A DNA stretch of 64,000 nt. Source: Nitrosopumilus sp. Its GTDB lineage: Archaea; Thermoproteota; Nitrososphaeria; Nitrososphaerales; Nitrosopumilaceae. Under the pieces are notes generated by a model. The model made no database searches, was not told the origin of the DNA, and saw only the letters and a program-made list of their open reading frames with translations. This document shows, one piece after another, positions 50,539 to 63,000 of this stretch. Within the stretch, counting starts at the first letter, position 1. Each line of letters begins with the position of its first letter. The stretch spans positions 896,001-960,000 of the forward strand of contig OZ244650.1 of NCBI GenBank assembly GCA_965218785.1, written 5' to 3'. The position numbers and the translations under genes were made by a program.

Positions 50539-51285
50539 ATGAAGAACTATGATTTTACCGTACTTGGAGTCCTGGATGTTTTTGACTCGAGACATGCAGA
50601 CCTGTCTGGCATTTCGTCACCGCCTCTGTCTGTCTCAAAGACAGTACAGGCAGCACATGTCAAAATAGATGAAAAAGGTACCGAGCCAATAGTTCTACAT
50701 TACATTGCGTACATGACCCCTCTTTACCGGACACCCACCGTGCCATTAACTGTGGATCATCCGTTCATCTTCATAATCCAGCACGAGAAAAGCGGCGCAA
50801 TACTGTTCATGGGGAGGCTTTCAAACCCCGCCGCAGGCGCATTATGGGGCCTCCCAATAGACGGGTCTGAAAACAACCCCCCGGAATTTGAGACAAACCG
50901 CAGCCCCATCCGTCTTCCTGCAAACGGTGCCACATCATTTACAGAAACGGCATCAGACGCGGACGGTGATGATATTATATTTGACATAGACCGTGGTTCG
51001 CTGTCTCCTAATTACAATGGTGTCCTGGACACCGTTCCCATACTGTTGCCTTGTAATGTCATACAGATAACAGACCACGACAACGGCACTGCGACCATAT
51101 CCATCGACTTTTCGAACGTCATCGCCCCGCTCTATCATGAATATCCACAGTATTACCGATTCTGGCTCACCGCATCAGATGGAACAGACACAACACGTCA
51201 GGTGTACGCGGTGGTTGTGTGTCCGGATACCAAATATCCAGATCACAGTGAAAATATAATTGGAATACAATGTACGTATGATTAA
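50539..51285 (+). CDS. N-terminally truncated serpin fused to a cadherin/Ig-like domain (possible pseudogene)
   Basis: LG..D.FD...ADLSGI, V.IDEKGTE, VDHPFIFII....SGAILFMGR..NP; then NNPP.F...A.DADGD.I.F...A.DG. Confidence 0.8.
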   Translation: MKNYDFTVLGVLDVFDSRHADLSGISSPPLSVSKTVQAAHVKIDEKGTEPIVLHYIAYMTPLYRTPTVPLTVDHPFIFIIQHEKSGAILFMGRLSNPAAGALWGLPIDGSENNPPEFETNRSPIRLPANGATSFTETASDADGDDIIFDIDRGSLSPNYNGVLDTVPILLPCNVIQITDHDNGTATISIDFSNVIAPLYHEYPQYYRFWLTASDGTDTTRQVYAVVVCPDTKYPDHSENIIGIQCTYD

Positions 51286-51794
51286 AGGCGTAACTGAGGT
51301 CAAGTTCTGGAATCCGGCATTTTTCCGTCATTCTTTTTTTCATATATCTGTGATCGGTGCAGTCAAATAATCTGTTACAGTGCTTTGGATTCTAGGAGGA
51401 TTGCGCTTCGTACAATAGAGTGTTTTGTATTCTCCGTTCCAAGATGACAAAGTACAATATGGAAGATAATAATGCAACCTAACATCTTTTTTTATTTTAG
51501 ATTATTTTTTGGTTTTTGTGGTGCTATCATAATTGCAGCTGCTTTAATTTTTCTTAGTTATGAAATTTATCAGGATGGGTTTTTCTTGGATTAAACACGT
51601 TTGATATTTCAGAGAATTATATTACTTTTATCTTGTATTGTTTGTGTTTAATTCTGATTTGTTGATTTTGATTTTGTATAAAATGTATAAAAAAAGACAA
51701 TCCCCTAGGAATTACAATGTATTGAAATCCAAACTAATAAAATAAATTAACAATAAAAACTGCATCCTCTGAAAAAGTGTGATGTTCTGATCTA

Positions 51795-52450
51795 CTTGAC
51801 ATGTTTGGAGAACCCCTCCGACTTGAAGATGGAGATAACCATCTTGGATTCTGCAACACTGCCACAACAGTATACCTTGGCTGTTTTGTAAGAATATGGT
51901 GAGATGATCTAATAATTCTTCTTCAAAAAGCATCACTATACTATCAAAACGCTTTGTGTTTTGATCACCGGATTCAATGTGGGATAACCGTGTCTCAGAT
52001 ATGATAAAGGAAGCATCACAGACATAAAGACGGTCTGACGCATATTCATTGCCGATCCATTCGTCATGTGTGAGAATGTTTAAAATTAACATGTATTGTA
52101 TTGAGGAATATCCCTCTCTTCATACAGTGATAAGACATGATACTGTTGTAACATCATGAGATGACAAATCCAAGTCTGTAGAAGATATGACTCCTGAACC
52201 ATTCCAATCGATCCTGAACCGGTTCCAATGAATCCTGAACTAACTACGATAAATATTGGACTAACTACGATAAATATTGGACTATCTACGATGAATGTTG
52301 GACTAACTACGATAAATATTGGACTAACTACGATAAATATTGGACTAACTACGATAAATATTGAACCGGTTCTAATGAATCCTGAATACACAGGTGATTA
52401 TAATACCTTTGAGAAGATCATGACTGGCTCCAGTCATTGTTTGGAATCCC
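51795..52450 (+). pseudogene. Relic of a giant-protein C-terminus with internal inversion (51878-52103)
   Basis: Colinear DNA similarity to ~49515-50150, with the middle part on the minus strand. Confidence 0.85.
52237..52362. repeat. 21-bp tandem repeat, 6 copies
   Basis: GGACTAACTACGATAAATATT. Confidence 0.92.
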
Positions 52451-53058
52451 TTGGCAAATCCTATTTGAGTCATTTCTTATTGGTGTTTTGTATCTGATAA
52501 GAACTAACTATATGAAGAAAAACGAGATTCAGATGGTACTGAGATTGTCCCATCTGGAAAAAAGATAGTTTCCAAGAAAAAAACAAACAAAATCATTAGA
52601 GCAAAAAAGACGAAATCTATGACCCATGGGAATCAACCTGCACAATGAATTCCTCAGGTAGATACATTGGATAATGAGTTTGTACCTATTTGACTCAACT
52701 CTGAAGACCATAACATAATGGAAGTTTTTCCGATCATAATCCCAAATATCTGATCGCTATCAACTCATAAATTCCTGATTCATCTCGTCTAAGATCAATT
52801 ACTTATAAACAGAACATCCATTATTTATAAACAGTTGTATATTGTATGGCAATGTTGTCAGATCCGGCAGATCGCATATGCATTCGATCATCTTGATAAT
52901 GCAATTATTTATTATAAAACCATGAATGAGAATTCCAAGCAGTAACACACTGTATTATTTCCTTTCAATCAAATGTACAAATGATAAATTACTCTAGGTT
53001 TGCCGATTGAATCAAATTCCAGACAGAAGACACTAGACAGAAGATTCAAGATTCTTTC

Positions 53059-53154
53059 CATCCACAACATCATCCACAACATCATCCACAACATCATCCA
53101 CAACATCATCCACAACATCATCCACAACATCATCCACAACATCATCCACAACAT
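53059..53154. repeat. 12-bp tandem repeat (CATCCACAACAT), 8 copies
   Basis: Seen directly. Confidence 0.95.
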
Positions 53155-53954
53155 GGGAAATCTGTTTGTCTCAGAAAGAATGGTGGATGAAAATCCGGCA
53201 TCCGTTGATATTTTATTATTAAAAATTGCAAGTCCCGTGTGATGTAGATCGAACACGAAAAAGAACAGATTATAAATTATATGAATTGATATTGATATCG
53301 CACAAAGACAAATTAAAACGGTGAGTCACATGTGTTTGGATATAAATTACAATGAGTCGTTCTACTTACAAACTAATTATTCCATCATCCTCAACATCAT
53401 CACCATAAATATTCATGACTTCAAATGTTTGATGATTTGTTTGAATTATTTTTTTAGATTCGCATAATATTTTGTCAGATCCGGCATGGATGACAGTTCA
53501 CTGCCAATCAAGCAGAAAAAAGAATCTAAAATTAATCTGTTCAATCAAAACATATCCAATGCGCCACGAGTTAATCAATCTGATAGAGTTTACAATTATC
53601 AAAATGATCAAGAATTGTATTCTCATAGAAAAACTTGATTGAATTATAATTCCAAACACTCTAGAAGATATTTGAAATTAAAAATCACATGAAATCATTA
53701 GAATATAGAATCATGTGTCAATTTGTGTGTCTGTGTATCATATTGCAATCTATTACAATTTGATGATTGGATGGGTGAGGAATGCGAGAATTGTAAAGAG
53801 ATGCTTTGTTGTTAGACCTGTTGAAAATTATTTTTAGAAATATCTTGTCCGACCTCATTAGATCCGGACTATCCAAAATATTTGATTCGTGCCTATCTTC
53901 TTTTCTATCAAACCACAATATAGATAAACTCAAAATGAATTCATCATTTGTAAC

Positions 53955-54076
53955 ATGTATACTTACAGATACGTTAAATCAGCTGATGTTGTATGGAATG
54001 TAGAAAATAAAAGGAGGTGAAGGTTAAAGAATGAATTGTAACCATATCATGCATATTTTGTTCTTTATCTGATACT
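53955..54076 (+). promoter_or_regulatory. Conserved leader of giant gene 2, with strong SD GGAGGTGA
   Basis: Paralogous to 30598-30714. Confidence 0.6.
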
Positions 54077-57000
54077 TTGAGGTTTACATTCACTGCAATT
54101 TATCTGGCAGTAATTCTCATATCTGTCGGACTGCCGGTATCGTCCGATGCACATGCCCAGACGACCTATGACATATCCAATGGGGAGTCAGTTGCCCTTC
54201 CAAATACCGGCTACAAGAACAGCCTGATACATCTTACTGGCAACTATTACGTCTCCTCCCACACTGTCGGAATTTCTAGTGGAGGGAACCTAAATTATGA
54301 TTACGAACTCAGACTGTACCGCATAATTGACGATGACATCACCATGATTCACAGCCGTGCTTTGTCATCATTCGGTCAGGCAACTCCGGGTGTCTCTCAA
54401 AATTTTCATCCGCTCTCCATCTCCCTTACGCGCATAGATGATGATACAGTTGCAGTCGCACTTCCATCCGGTGGATTCACTGATGACGATGGTATTAGAA
54501 CCGGTGCCGGATCATATATTGTCACAGTTGATATAGATACCACTGCCGAAAATCCCCAAATATCGATGGTTAACAAATTTGTTAATTATGGAATGGCCCC
54601 CAGCTACACACTTAATCCGTCCCTGGTAGCACTTGACGAGAATAGACTGGTACTGGCACACTCACATCCGCACAATTCCCCCTCTGGTTCTCTGAATGTT
54701 TTCAGAATTGATTCGGGTACAGGTGACCTGGCTAGAGACGGCCCTGTTACTCCGTTTGATCCTCCACAACAGGGACGATACTCTTCGATGATAAAACTCG
54801 ATGATGACACCGTGGTAGTTGCATACAGGAGTAGTGGTGCCGATGGAGTCATAAGAACATTTGACATTGGAGAAGGTGCCGACTCCCCGGTTACACAGAA
54901 TGCCGAACTAAGACACGAGTCTGGCAGGATATCATTTAACTCACTTGTCCGCGTGGATGCCGATACTGTGGCCCTTGCATACTCTGAGATTGGTGATAGT
55001 AACAGGGCAGATGACGGGTCGGGGCATCTCAAACTGTTTGATATTTCAGCAACAGACGGCAGCATCAAGCAAAGGGGCAGTACCCTGACATACTATGATG
55101 GGGCAGCACCCGCACCCCTGGATCCCGACATACACCACAACTCGCTTGTACTCTTTGATGCTGACACCCTGGCCCTCGCATACAGGGGGGAGTCAGGTTA
55201 CGGCTTTATTCGGACGTACGACATAACTGCAACGGACCTGATATCAAATGGCGAACCATTTGAGCATGACCAGGCAAATGGCGCCTTTAACGCGCTTCTC
55301 AAAGTAGACGATGACACACTAGCACTCGTGTACAGCGAGGATTATCCTGCCAGCATAGTCGGCAGCACATCCACTGCCAACACAATAAAAATACTTGATG
55401 TCGTAAATCCCAATGCCGGCAGACCTGCCGTAACCATATCTGCTGACACCCCCAATGGCAGCACGTACGGCACTAGTACCATATCCTACACTGCCACCTT
55501 TACAGAGATCGTAACCGGCTTTACCATGGATAATATCGTCATATCCGGAACCGCATCCGTAGGATCGCCCCCCGTATCAAACTTTGCAGTATCCGACGCA
55601 TCATACACCTTTGATGTGCTGACCACTTCGGATGGTACCCTCACAGTATTCATTCCCGAAGGTGTTGCAACAGATAATACCAACAACACAAACACGGCAT
55701 CCAATGAATATACCGTTACAGTGGCAGATACAATACCCGGTGTGAGCAGAGTATCTGCAACAGGCGACAGTACATATGACACAGGTGACGTCATTTCAAT
55801 TATCGTAACATTTGACGAGTTAGTAAGAGTAACAGGAAACCCTCAGTTATTACTGGATATTGGCACTAATGGCGCAACTGCAGTTTATTCCTCCGGTTCG
55901 CCTGGAACTTACATGACGTTCCTGTATACCGTCCTTGCAGGGGATAACTCCGCTGATCTAAATTATGTCAATGTAAATTCGCTGTCATTAAGCGGCGGAA
56001 CCATCAGATCCGCTGATGATGGCGCGACTGCCAATCTGAGGCTTCCTGCAACCACTCTTGATAACTCCCTTGGGGGCTCTGATGTAATAGTCGATACCAT
56101 ACCTGCCGTAGTCATAACTAGTAGCGATATAGATAATGGAGGTACCACACACTTCAACACCATATCCTATGTTGTCACTTTTACAGAGACTGTTACAGGC
56201 TTTAATAATGCATCTGATATCACACTATCAGGTAATGCGACTGCGACAGTATCTGACCCTGATGGAACCGGGGGCACTTACACCTTTGATGTGACTGCCA
56301 CCGATGACGGCACTGTCATTGTATCAATTCCTGCAGGTAAGGCAATTGATACGGCAGGCAACGGCAATGACGCCTCAAACACGCACACAGTTACAGTTGA
56401 CACCCAGTCCCTTGAGATACTCTCCGCTGTATGGCGGGATCCCGACGAGTCTGATACTTTCTTGTCAGACGGCGACGAGCTGATTATCACGTTTAACCGT
56501 AATACTGACATGGCGGGATCTAAGACGTTATCCAGATCCGAACTTGATGCAGTCTTTGTGTTTGGTGGATCACTTGGGACAGATTACACCGGTGTATGGT
56601 TTGATGCCAGAACGCTTGTAATTACTGTAATTGACTCGACAGGAGGTGATGCTGTGATAGGTGATACCGTCTCGGCATTTAGGGGAACCACATACATACG
56701 CAGTCTTGATACCACGGGCGGAGCAGCATTCTCTAATCCTAACAGTGTTGGTACAAACTCCACGGGACACGTCTTTGTTGGAGATACTTTCATCCCTCTC
56801 CCTACTGAAGATGATGACATCAACAGCCGCGTCCAGATATTCCATCCCGACGGAAGTTATGCCGGCGTCCCTAACACCACGGGCGGAGCAGCATTTTCCC
56901 GTCCTGAAGGCATTGCAACAAACTCCACGGGGTACACCTTTATCGCAGACAACGGATCCAACCTGGTCCAGATATTTGATCCAAGCGGGGTGTATGCCGG

Positions 57001-60000
57001 GGTGCTTGACATCGCGGACGGTCTGATGTTCCGGGAGCCTGCCGGCGTTGCAATAGGTAAGGATGACATGATCTACGTCAGCGATGTTGAGCAAAGCACG
57101 CGAAATATCGATGACCGGCGCATCGTCCAGATATTTGATCAGGATGGGACGTATGCGGGAGTGCTTACCACCACTGTTACCACCGAATTTGATGTTCCTA
57201 TATCTGTTGCAACAAACTCCTTGGGGCACGTCTTTGTGGCAGACCGTGGCAATGACAACATACGCATATTTGATTCAAAGGGGGAGGTAAACACCTCCAA
57301 TATAGATACCACCGGTCCGACCGGACTCTCGACCCTGCGTGCCGTTGCAACAAACTCCACGGATCACCTCTTTGTGGTGTATAACAACAACAACAACAAC
57401 GGTGTTGATACAGTCCAGATATACACTGCCTCCGGCGTGTACGAGGGGGATCTGTCCTTGGGGGACGATGTGAGTCTTGGAACCATATCGGGGATTGCAG
57501 TGGGCTCTGATGATAAGATAATCATCTCTGAGCGCTCAAACAGCGACGTGCACATCTTTGGTCACCAGGTGCTGTACTCTGATGCGGGATTGCGGCAGTT
57601 TGAATCTGAGGCTAACACCTCCGGGAACTTTGGAACGCTTAGTACGGCAGTATCCATATCATCTGATGTGGATAATGGCGCCACCATCGCAGTTACCCCT
57701 GTAAGATTCAATGTGGAATTTAGTGATCCCGTGACGGGCTTTGATGTATCTGATATTTTACTATCTGGTACGGCAGATGCGACTGTTACTGTGTTGTCTG
57801 GAAGCGGCACCACGTACATCTTTGATGTGGTTACCAGCACTGACGGTACGGTCATAGTGTCAATTCCTGCTGGTGCCGCATTGGATGCGGCAAACAGCGG
57901 CAACGCGGCATCTAATGCATACATCTTTACCGTGATGGATATCGTGCCGGTTGTAACCGGCGTATCGGCTAAAGACGGTGTATCGGCTAAAGACGGTGTA
58001 TATAACGTAGGTGATACCATTGATATTACTATTATATTTAACGTGCCAGTAACTGTTACTGGCTTCCCGCAGTTATTCCTGGATACTGGCACTAATGACG
58101 CGGCTGCAGCCTATTCCCACGGTTCGCCTGGAACTGACATGATATTCCGGTATACCGTCCTTGCAGGGGATAACTCTGCTGATCTAAATTATGTCAATGT
58201 ACGTTCGCTGTCATTAAACGGCGGAACCATACTTGCTGAAGATGGTGGCGCGGCTGCCAGTCTGGCACTTCCTGAAACCACTCTTGATAACTCCCTTGGA
58301 GGCTCTGATGTGATGCTGATTACACCCCCAACTGTCGTCATAACTGCTAGTACCACTGATGGCGGTACACAAGACATCAACACGATATCATATACTGCTA
58401 CATTCAACGAGGAAGTGACAGGTTTTGATATGTCAGATATAACGATATCGGGATCCGCATCAGGAGGTTCCCCCGTCATATCAAACCTTGCAGGAACGGG
58501 TAATGTATACACCTTTGAGGTGGCAGTTACCTCTGATGGTACAGTCACAGTATTCATCCCACAATCCGTGGCAATAGATGCGGCAGGCAATCAAAACAGG
58601 GCATCCAACGAACATACCATTACCGTGGATACGCTACCCTCCGTAGTCATAACTACTACTGCTGCATCTGATGGCGGCGTCACAACATCCAACACGATAT
58701 CATATGTTGCCACTTTCAGCGAGGTCGTGATAGGCTTTGATATGTCAGATATAACGATATCGGAATCCGCATCAGGGGACCCACTAGTGGCATCAAACTT
58801 TGCAGAAATCATCCCCGGTGTCTCATATACCTTTGAGGTGTCAACTGATTTGGATGGTACAGTCACAGTATTCATCCCACAATCCGTGGCAATAGATGCG
58901 GCAGGCAACCAAAATACGGAATCAGACAGATACACAGTTACAGTGGATGCCACCGCACCGAGTGTGACTGGAGTATCTGCAACTGGTGGTTTCTACAACG
59001 AAGGTGACGTCATTTCAATTACCGTAACATTTGACGAGTCAGTAAGAGTAACAGAAAACCCGCAGTTATTACTGGACATTGGCATTAATGGCGCAACTGC
59101 AGCCTATTCCCCAGGTTTGCCTGGAACTGACATGACATTCCTGTATACCGTCCTTGCAGGAGATAACTCCGCTGATCTAAATTATGTCGATGTACATTCG
59201 CTGTCATTAAACGGCGGAACCATCACATCCGCTGATGGCACGACTGCCAGTCTGGCACTTCCTGCAACCACTCTTGATGACTCTCTTGGAGGCTCTGATG
59301 TAATAGTGGATAGTATCGCGCCAACTATAGCCATAACTGCCAATACCATTAATGGCGGTACACAAAACATCCGCACTATATCATATACTGCTACATTCAA
59401 CGAGGTCGTGACAGGTTTTGAGATGACAGATATGGAGATATCCGGAACTGCATCCGGAGGCTCACCCGTCATATCAAACTTTGTAAAAACGGATAATGTA
59501 TACACCTTTGAGGTGGCAGTTACCTCTGATGGTACAGTCACAGTATCCCTTCCAGAAAATATGGTAGCAGATACGGCAGACAACAGCAACACTGGATCCA
59601 ACGAATATACCGTCACAGTGGCAGATACTCCATCAAGTGTGACCGAGGTATCTGTAAAAGGAGATGGTCCCTACAGAGAAGGTGACGTCGTTTCAATTAC
59701 CGTAACATTTGACGAGTCAGTAACAGTAACAGGATTCCCGCAGTTATTACTGGACATTGGCATTAATGGCGCAATTGCAGTTTATTCCCACGGTTCGCCT
59801 GGAACTGACATGATATTCCGGTATACCGTCCTTGCAGGGGATAACTCCGATGATCTCAACTATGCCGATGCAAATTCACTGTCATTAAGCGGCGGAACCA
59901 TACTTGCTGAAGATGATGACGCGGCTTCCCGTCTGAGGCTTCCTGCAACCACTCTTGATAACTCCCTTGGGGGTTCTGATGTAATAGTCGATACCATACC

Positions 60001-63000
60001 TGCCGTAGTCATAACTAGTAGCGATATAGACGATGGAGGTACCACAAACTCCAACACCATATCCTACGTTGTCACTTTTACAGAGACTGTTACAGACTTT
60101 GATGAGGCATCTGATATCACACTATTAGGTGATGCGACTGCGACAGTATCTGTCCCTGATGGAACCGGGGACACTTACACCTTTGATGTGACTGCCACCG
60201 ATGACGGCACTGTCCTTGTATCAATTCCTGCAGGTAAGGCAACTGATACGGCAGGCAACGGCAACACGGCATCCGACGTATATGCCGTTACAGTCGATGC
60301 GGACGTACCTGTTGCAACTTTTATCGGTTCGATTGGCAGTTCCGGTCCAGGCAACAACCAGTTTAACATTCCAAGAGGAGTTGCAATAACTGCCACAAAC
60401 ATACTGGTTACAGAAGCCGGCAACTCCAGGGTACAGATATTTGATCTGAATGGTAACTATCTCAGCGAGTTTGGCAGTGGCGGTGACCGTGATGGTGATT
60501 TTAGACTTACAAACGGAATTACAACGACCTCCCAGCATATACTTGTGACAGACTCCTTTAACCATCGCATACAGAGATTTGACTTTGACGGTCAGTTTGT
60601 TGATTCGATTGGCAGCTCCGGTTCAGGCAACAACCAGTTTGACTTTCCAGCTGGAATCACGACAAACTCGACGCACATCCTGGTTGCAGATCGCGAGAAC
60701 CACAGGATCCAGGTAATTGATTTTGATCGCCTGTTTGTAGGCACGATTGGCAGTTCCGGCACAGATCCGGGCCGGTTTGCAAATCCCAATGGAATTACAA
60801 CAAACTCGACGCATATACTGGTTACAGAAGCCGGCAACAACAGGGTACAGATATTTGATCTGAAGGGTAATTACGTCCATACGTTTGGCAGTCCCGGCAC
60901 AGGTCCGGGCCAGTTTTCAAATCCCGATGGAATTGCCACGACTTCCACGTACATCCTGGTTGCAGACAGCGACAACCACAGGATACAGGTATTTGATCTG
61001 GATGGCAACTTTGTCCGTACGTTTGGCAGTTTCGGCTCAGGTCCGGGCCAGTTTAACTTTCCACAAGGAATCGCAACAAACTCGACGCACATCCTGGTTG
61101 CAGACAGCAACAACCACATGATACAGGTATTTGATCTTTCACCAACCGTAACCATATCTGCTAGTACCCCTAATGGCGGCATACACGATGCTCCAACTGT
61201 ATCTTATACTGCAACATTCAGCGAGAATGTAACAGGCTTTGAGATATCTGATATAACGGTATCAGGATCCGCATCCCGGGGATCACCAGTCGTATCCAAC
61301 TTTGCAGGAAGCGGTGACACGTACACCTTTGATGTGGCAACTAATCCTGTCGGTACTGTCACAGTATCAATCCTTGCAAGTGTGGCCACAGATGCCCTGG
61401 GGAGCCCAAACAGGGCATCAGACGCATATACAGTTACAACGATTCCGCTGCCAGTTGGAATCTTCGTCGACGAATATGGCAGTTTCGACAACGATGATGA
61501 CGGGTTTAGATCCCCCTTTGGAATCACGACAAACTCGACGCACATCCTGGTTGCAGACAGAGACAACAACAGGATACAGATACTTGATCTGAGTGGTAAT
61601 TTTCTCAACACTATTGGTAGTGGCGGCTCAAACCCTGGCGATTTTGATTTCCCGCAAGGAATTGCAGTAACCTCCACGAACATACTGGTTGCAGACAGCG
61701 ACCGCCACAGGATACAGATATTTGATCTGGACGGCAACCATGTCGGCCGGTTTGGCAGTTCCGGCACAGACGACGGCGAATTTACTTTGCCCATAGGAAT
61801 CACAACAACTCCGACAACCATACTGGTTACAGACAGCTCCAGCAGGATACAGATATTTGATCCGGAGGGTAACTATCTCAGCAAGTTTGGCAGTGTCGGC
61901 ACTGACTTTAACAAACTTTTCAGTCCCAGCGGAATTGCAGCAAACTCCACACACATACTGGTTGCAGACAGAGGCAACAACAGAATACAGATATTTGATC
62001 CGGCAGGTAATTTTGTCAGCACGATTGGCGGTCTGGGGAGTGACTTCGGCGAGTTTGACCGTCCCGAAGGAATAGATATAAATGATAACTTCATATTTGT
62101 TGCAGACAGTAACAACAATAGGATACAGGTATTTGACACTGATGGCAATTTTGTATATCAATTTACCAGTTCCAGTTCATCTTCTGGCATGGGTGATGGT
62201 GAGTTTAATCGCCCCTCTGGAGTTACGACAAACTCTACACATATGATAGTTGCAGACACCGGCAACCACAGGATACAGGTATTTGATCTCTTTCCCCTCG
62301 TAACGCTATCTGCCAATGTTATCAACGGCGGCATTATACCCTCTGCTACCATATCTTATACTGCCACCTTCAGCGAGGACGTGACAGGCTTTGATATATC
62401 TGATATAATGGTATCAGGATCCGCATCCCTGGGATCACCGGCCGTATCCAACTTTGCAGGAATCGGCAATACATACACCTTTGATGTGGTATCTGATTCG
62501 GATGGCACTATTAGAGTATTAATCCCCGCAGGTGCTGCAACAGATGCGACAGGTAGTAACAGTCAGACATCTGTTCCATACACGGTTACCGTGGTTTTAC
62601 CCTCCATAATCATAACTGCCCCCACCGATGATGGCAACACGCAAAAATCCGACAGTATATCCTACACTGTAACTTTTGCTCTGCCCGTGACAGGCTTTGA
62701 GGCATCAGAAATCCTGGTATCTGGAACAGCGTCTGGGGGCTCGCCTGTCGTATCCAACTTTGCAGGATCCGGTAACACGTACACCTTTGATGTGGTGACT
62801 ACAGGCGATGGCACAGTCACAGTATCAATCTCCGCTGGTGTTGCAATGGATGCTGCAGGCAATCTAACCATGGCATCCAATGAATACACCGTTATAGTGG
62901 ATACTGCCATACCAATTGGAGTTTTTGTCCAAACGATTGGCGAGTTTAGATCCCCCGCAGGAATCGCCACAACCCCCACGCACATACTGGTTGCAGACAT

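Noticed and set aside
51795-52450. Diversity-generating retroelement template repeat for the giant gene's C-terminus
   Set aside because: Differences are not confined to adenines, indels and an inversion are present, and there is no reverse transcriptase in the window.
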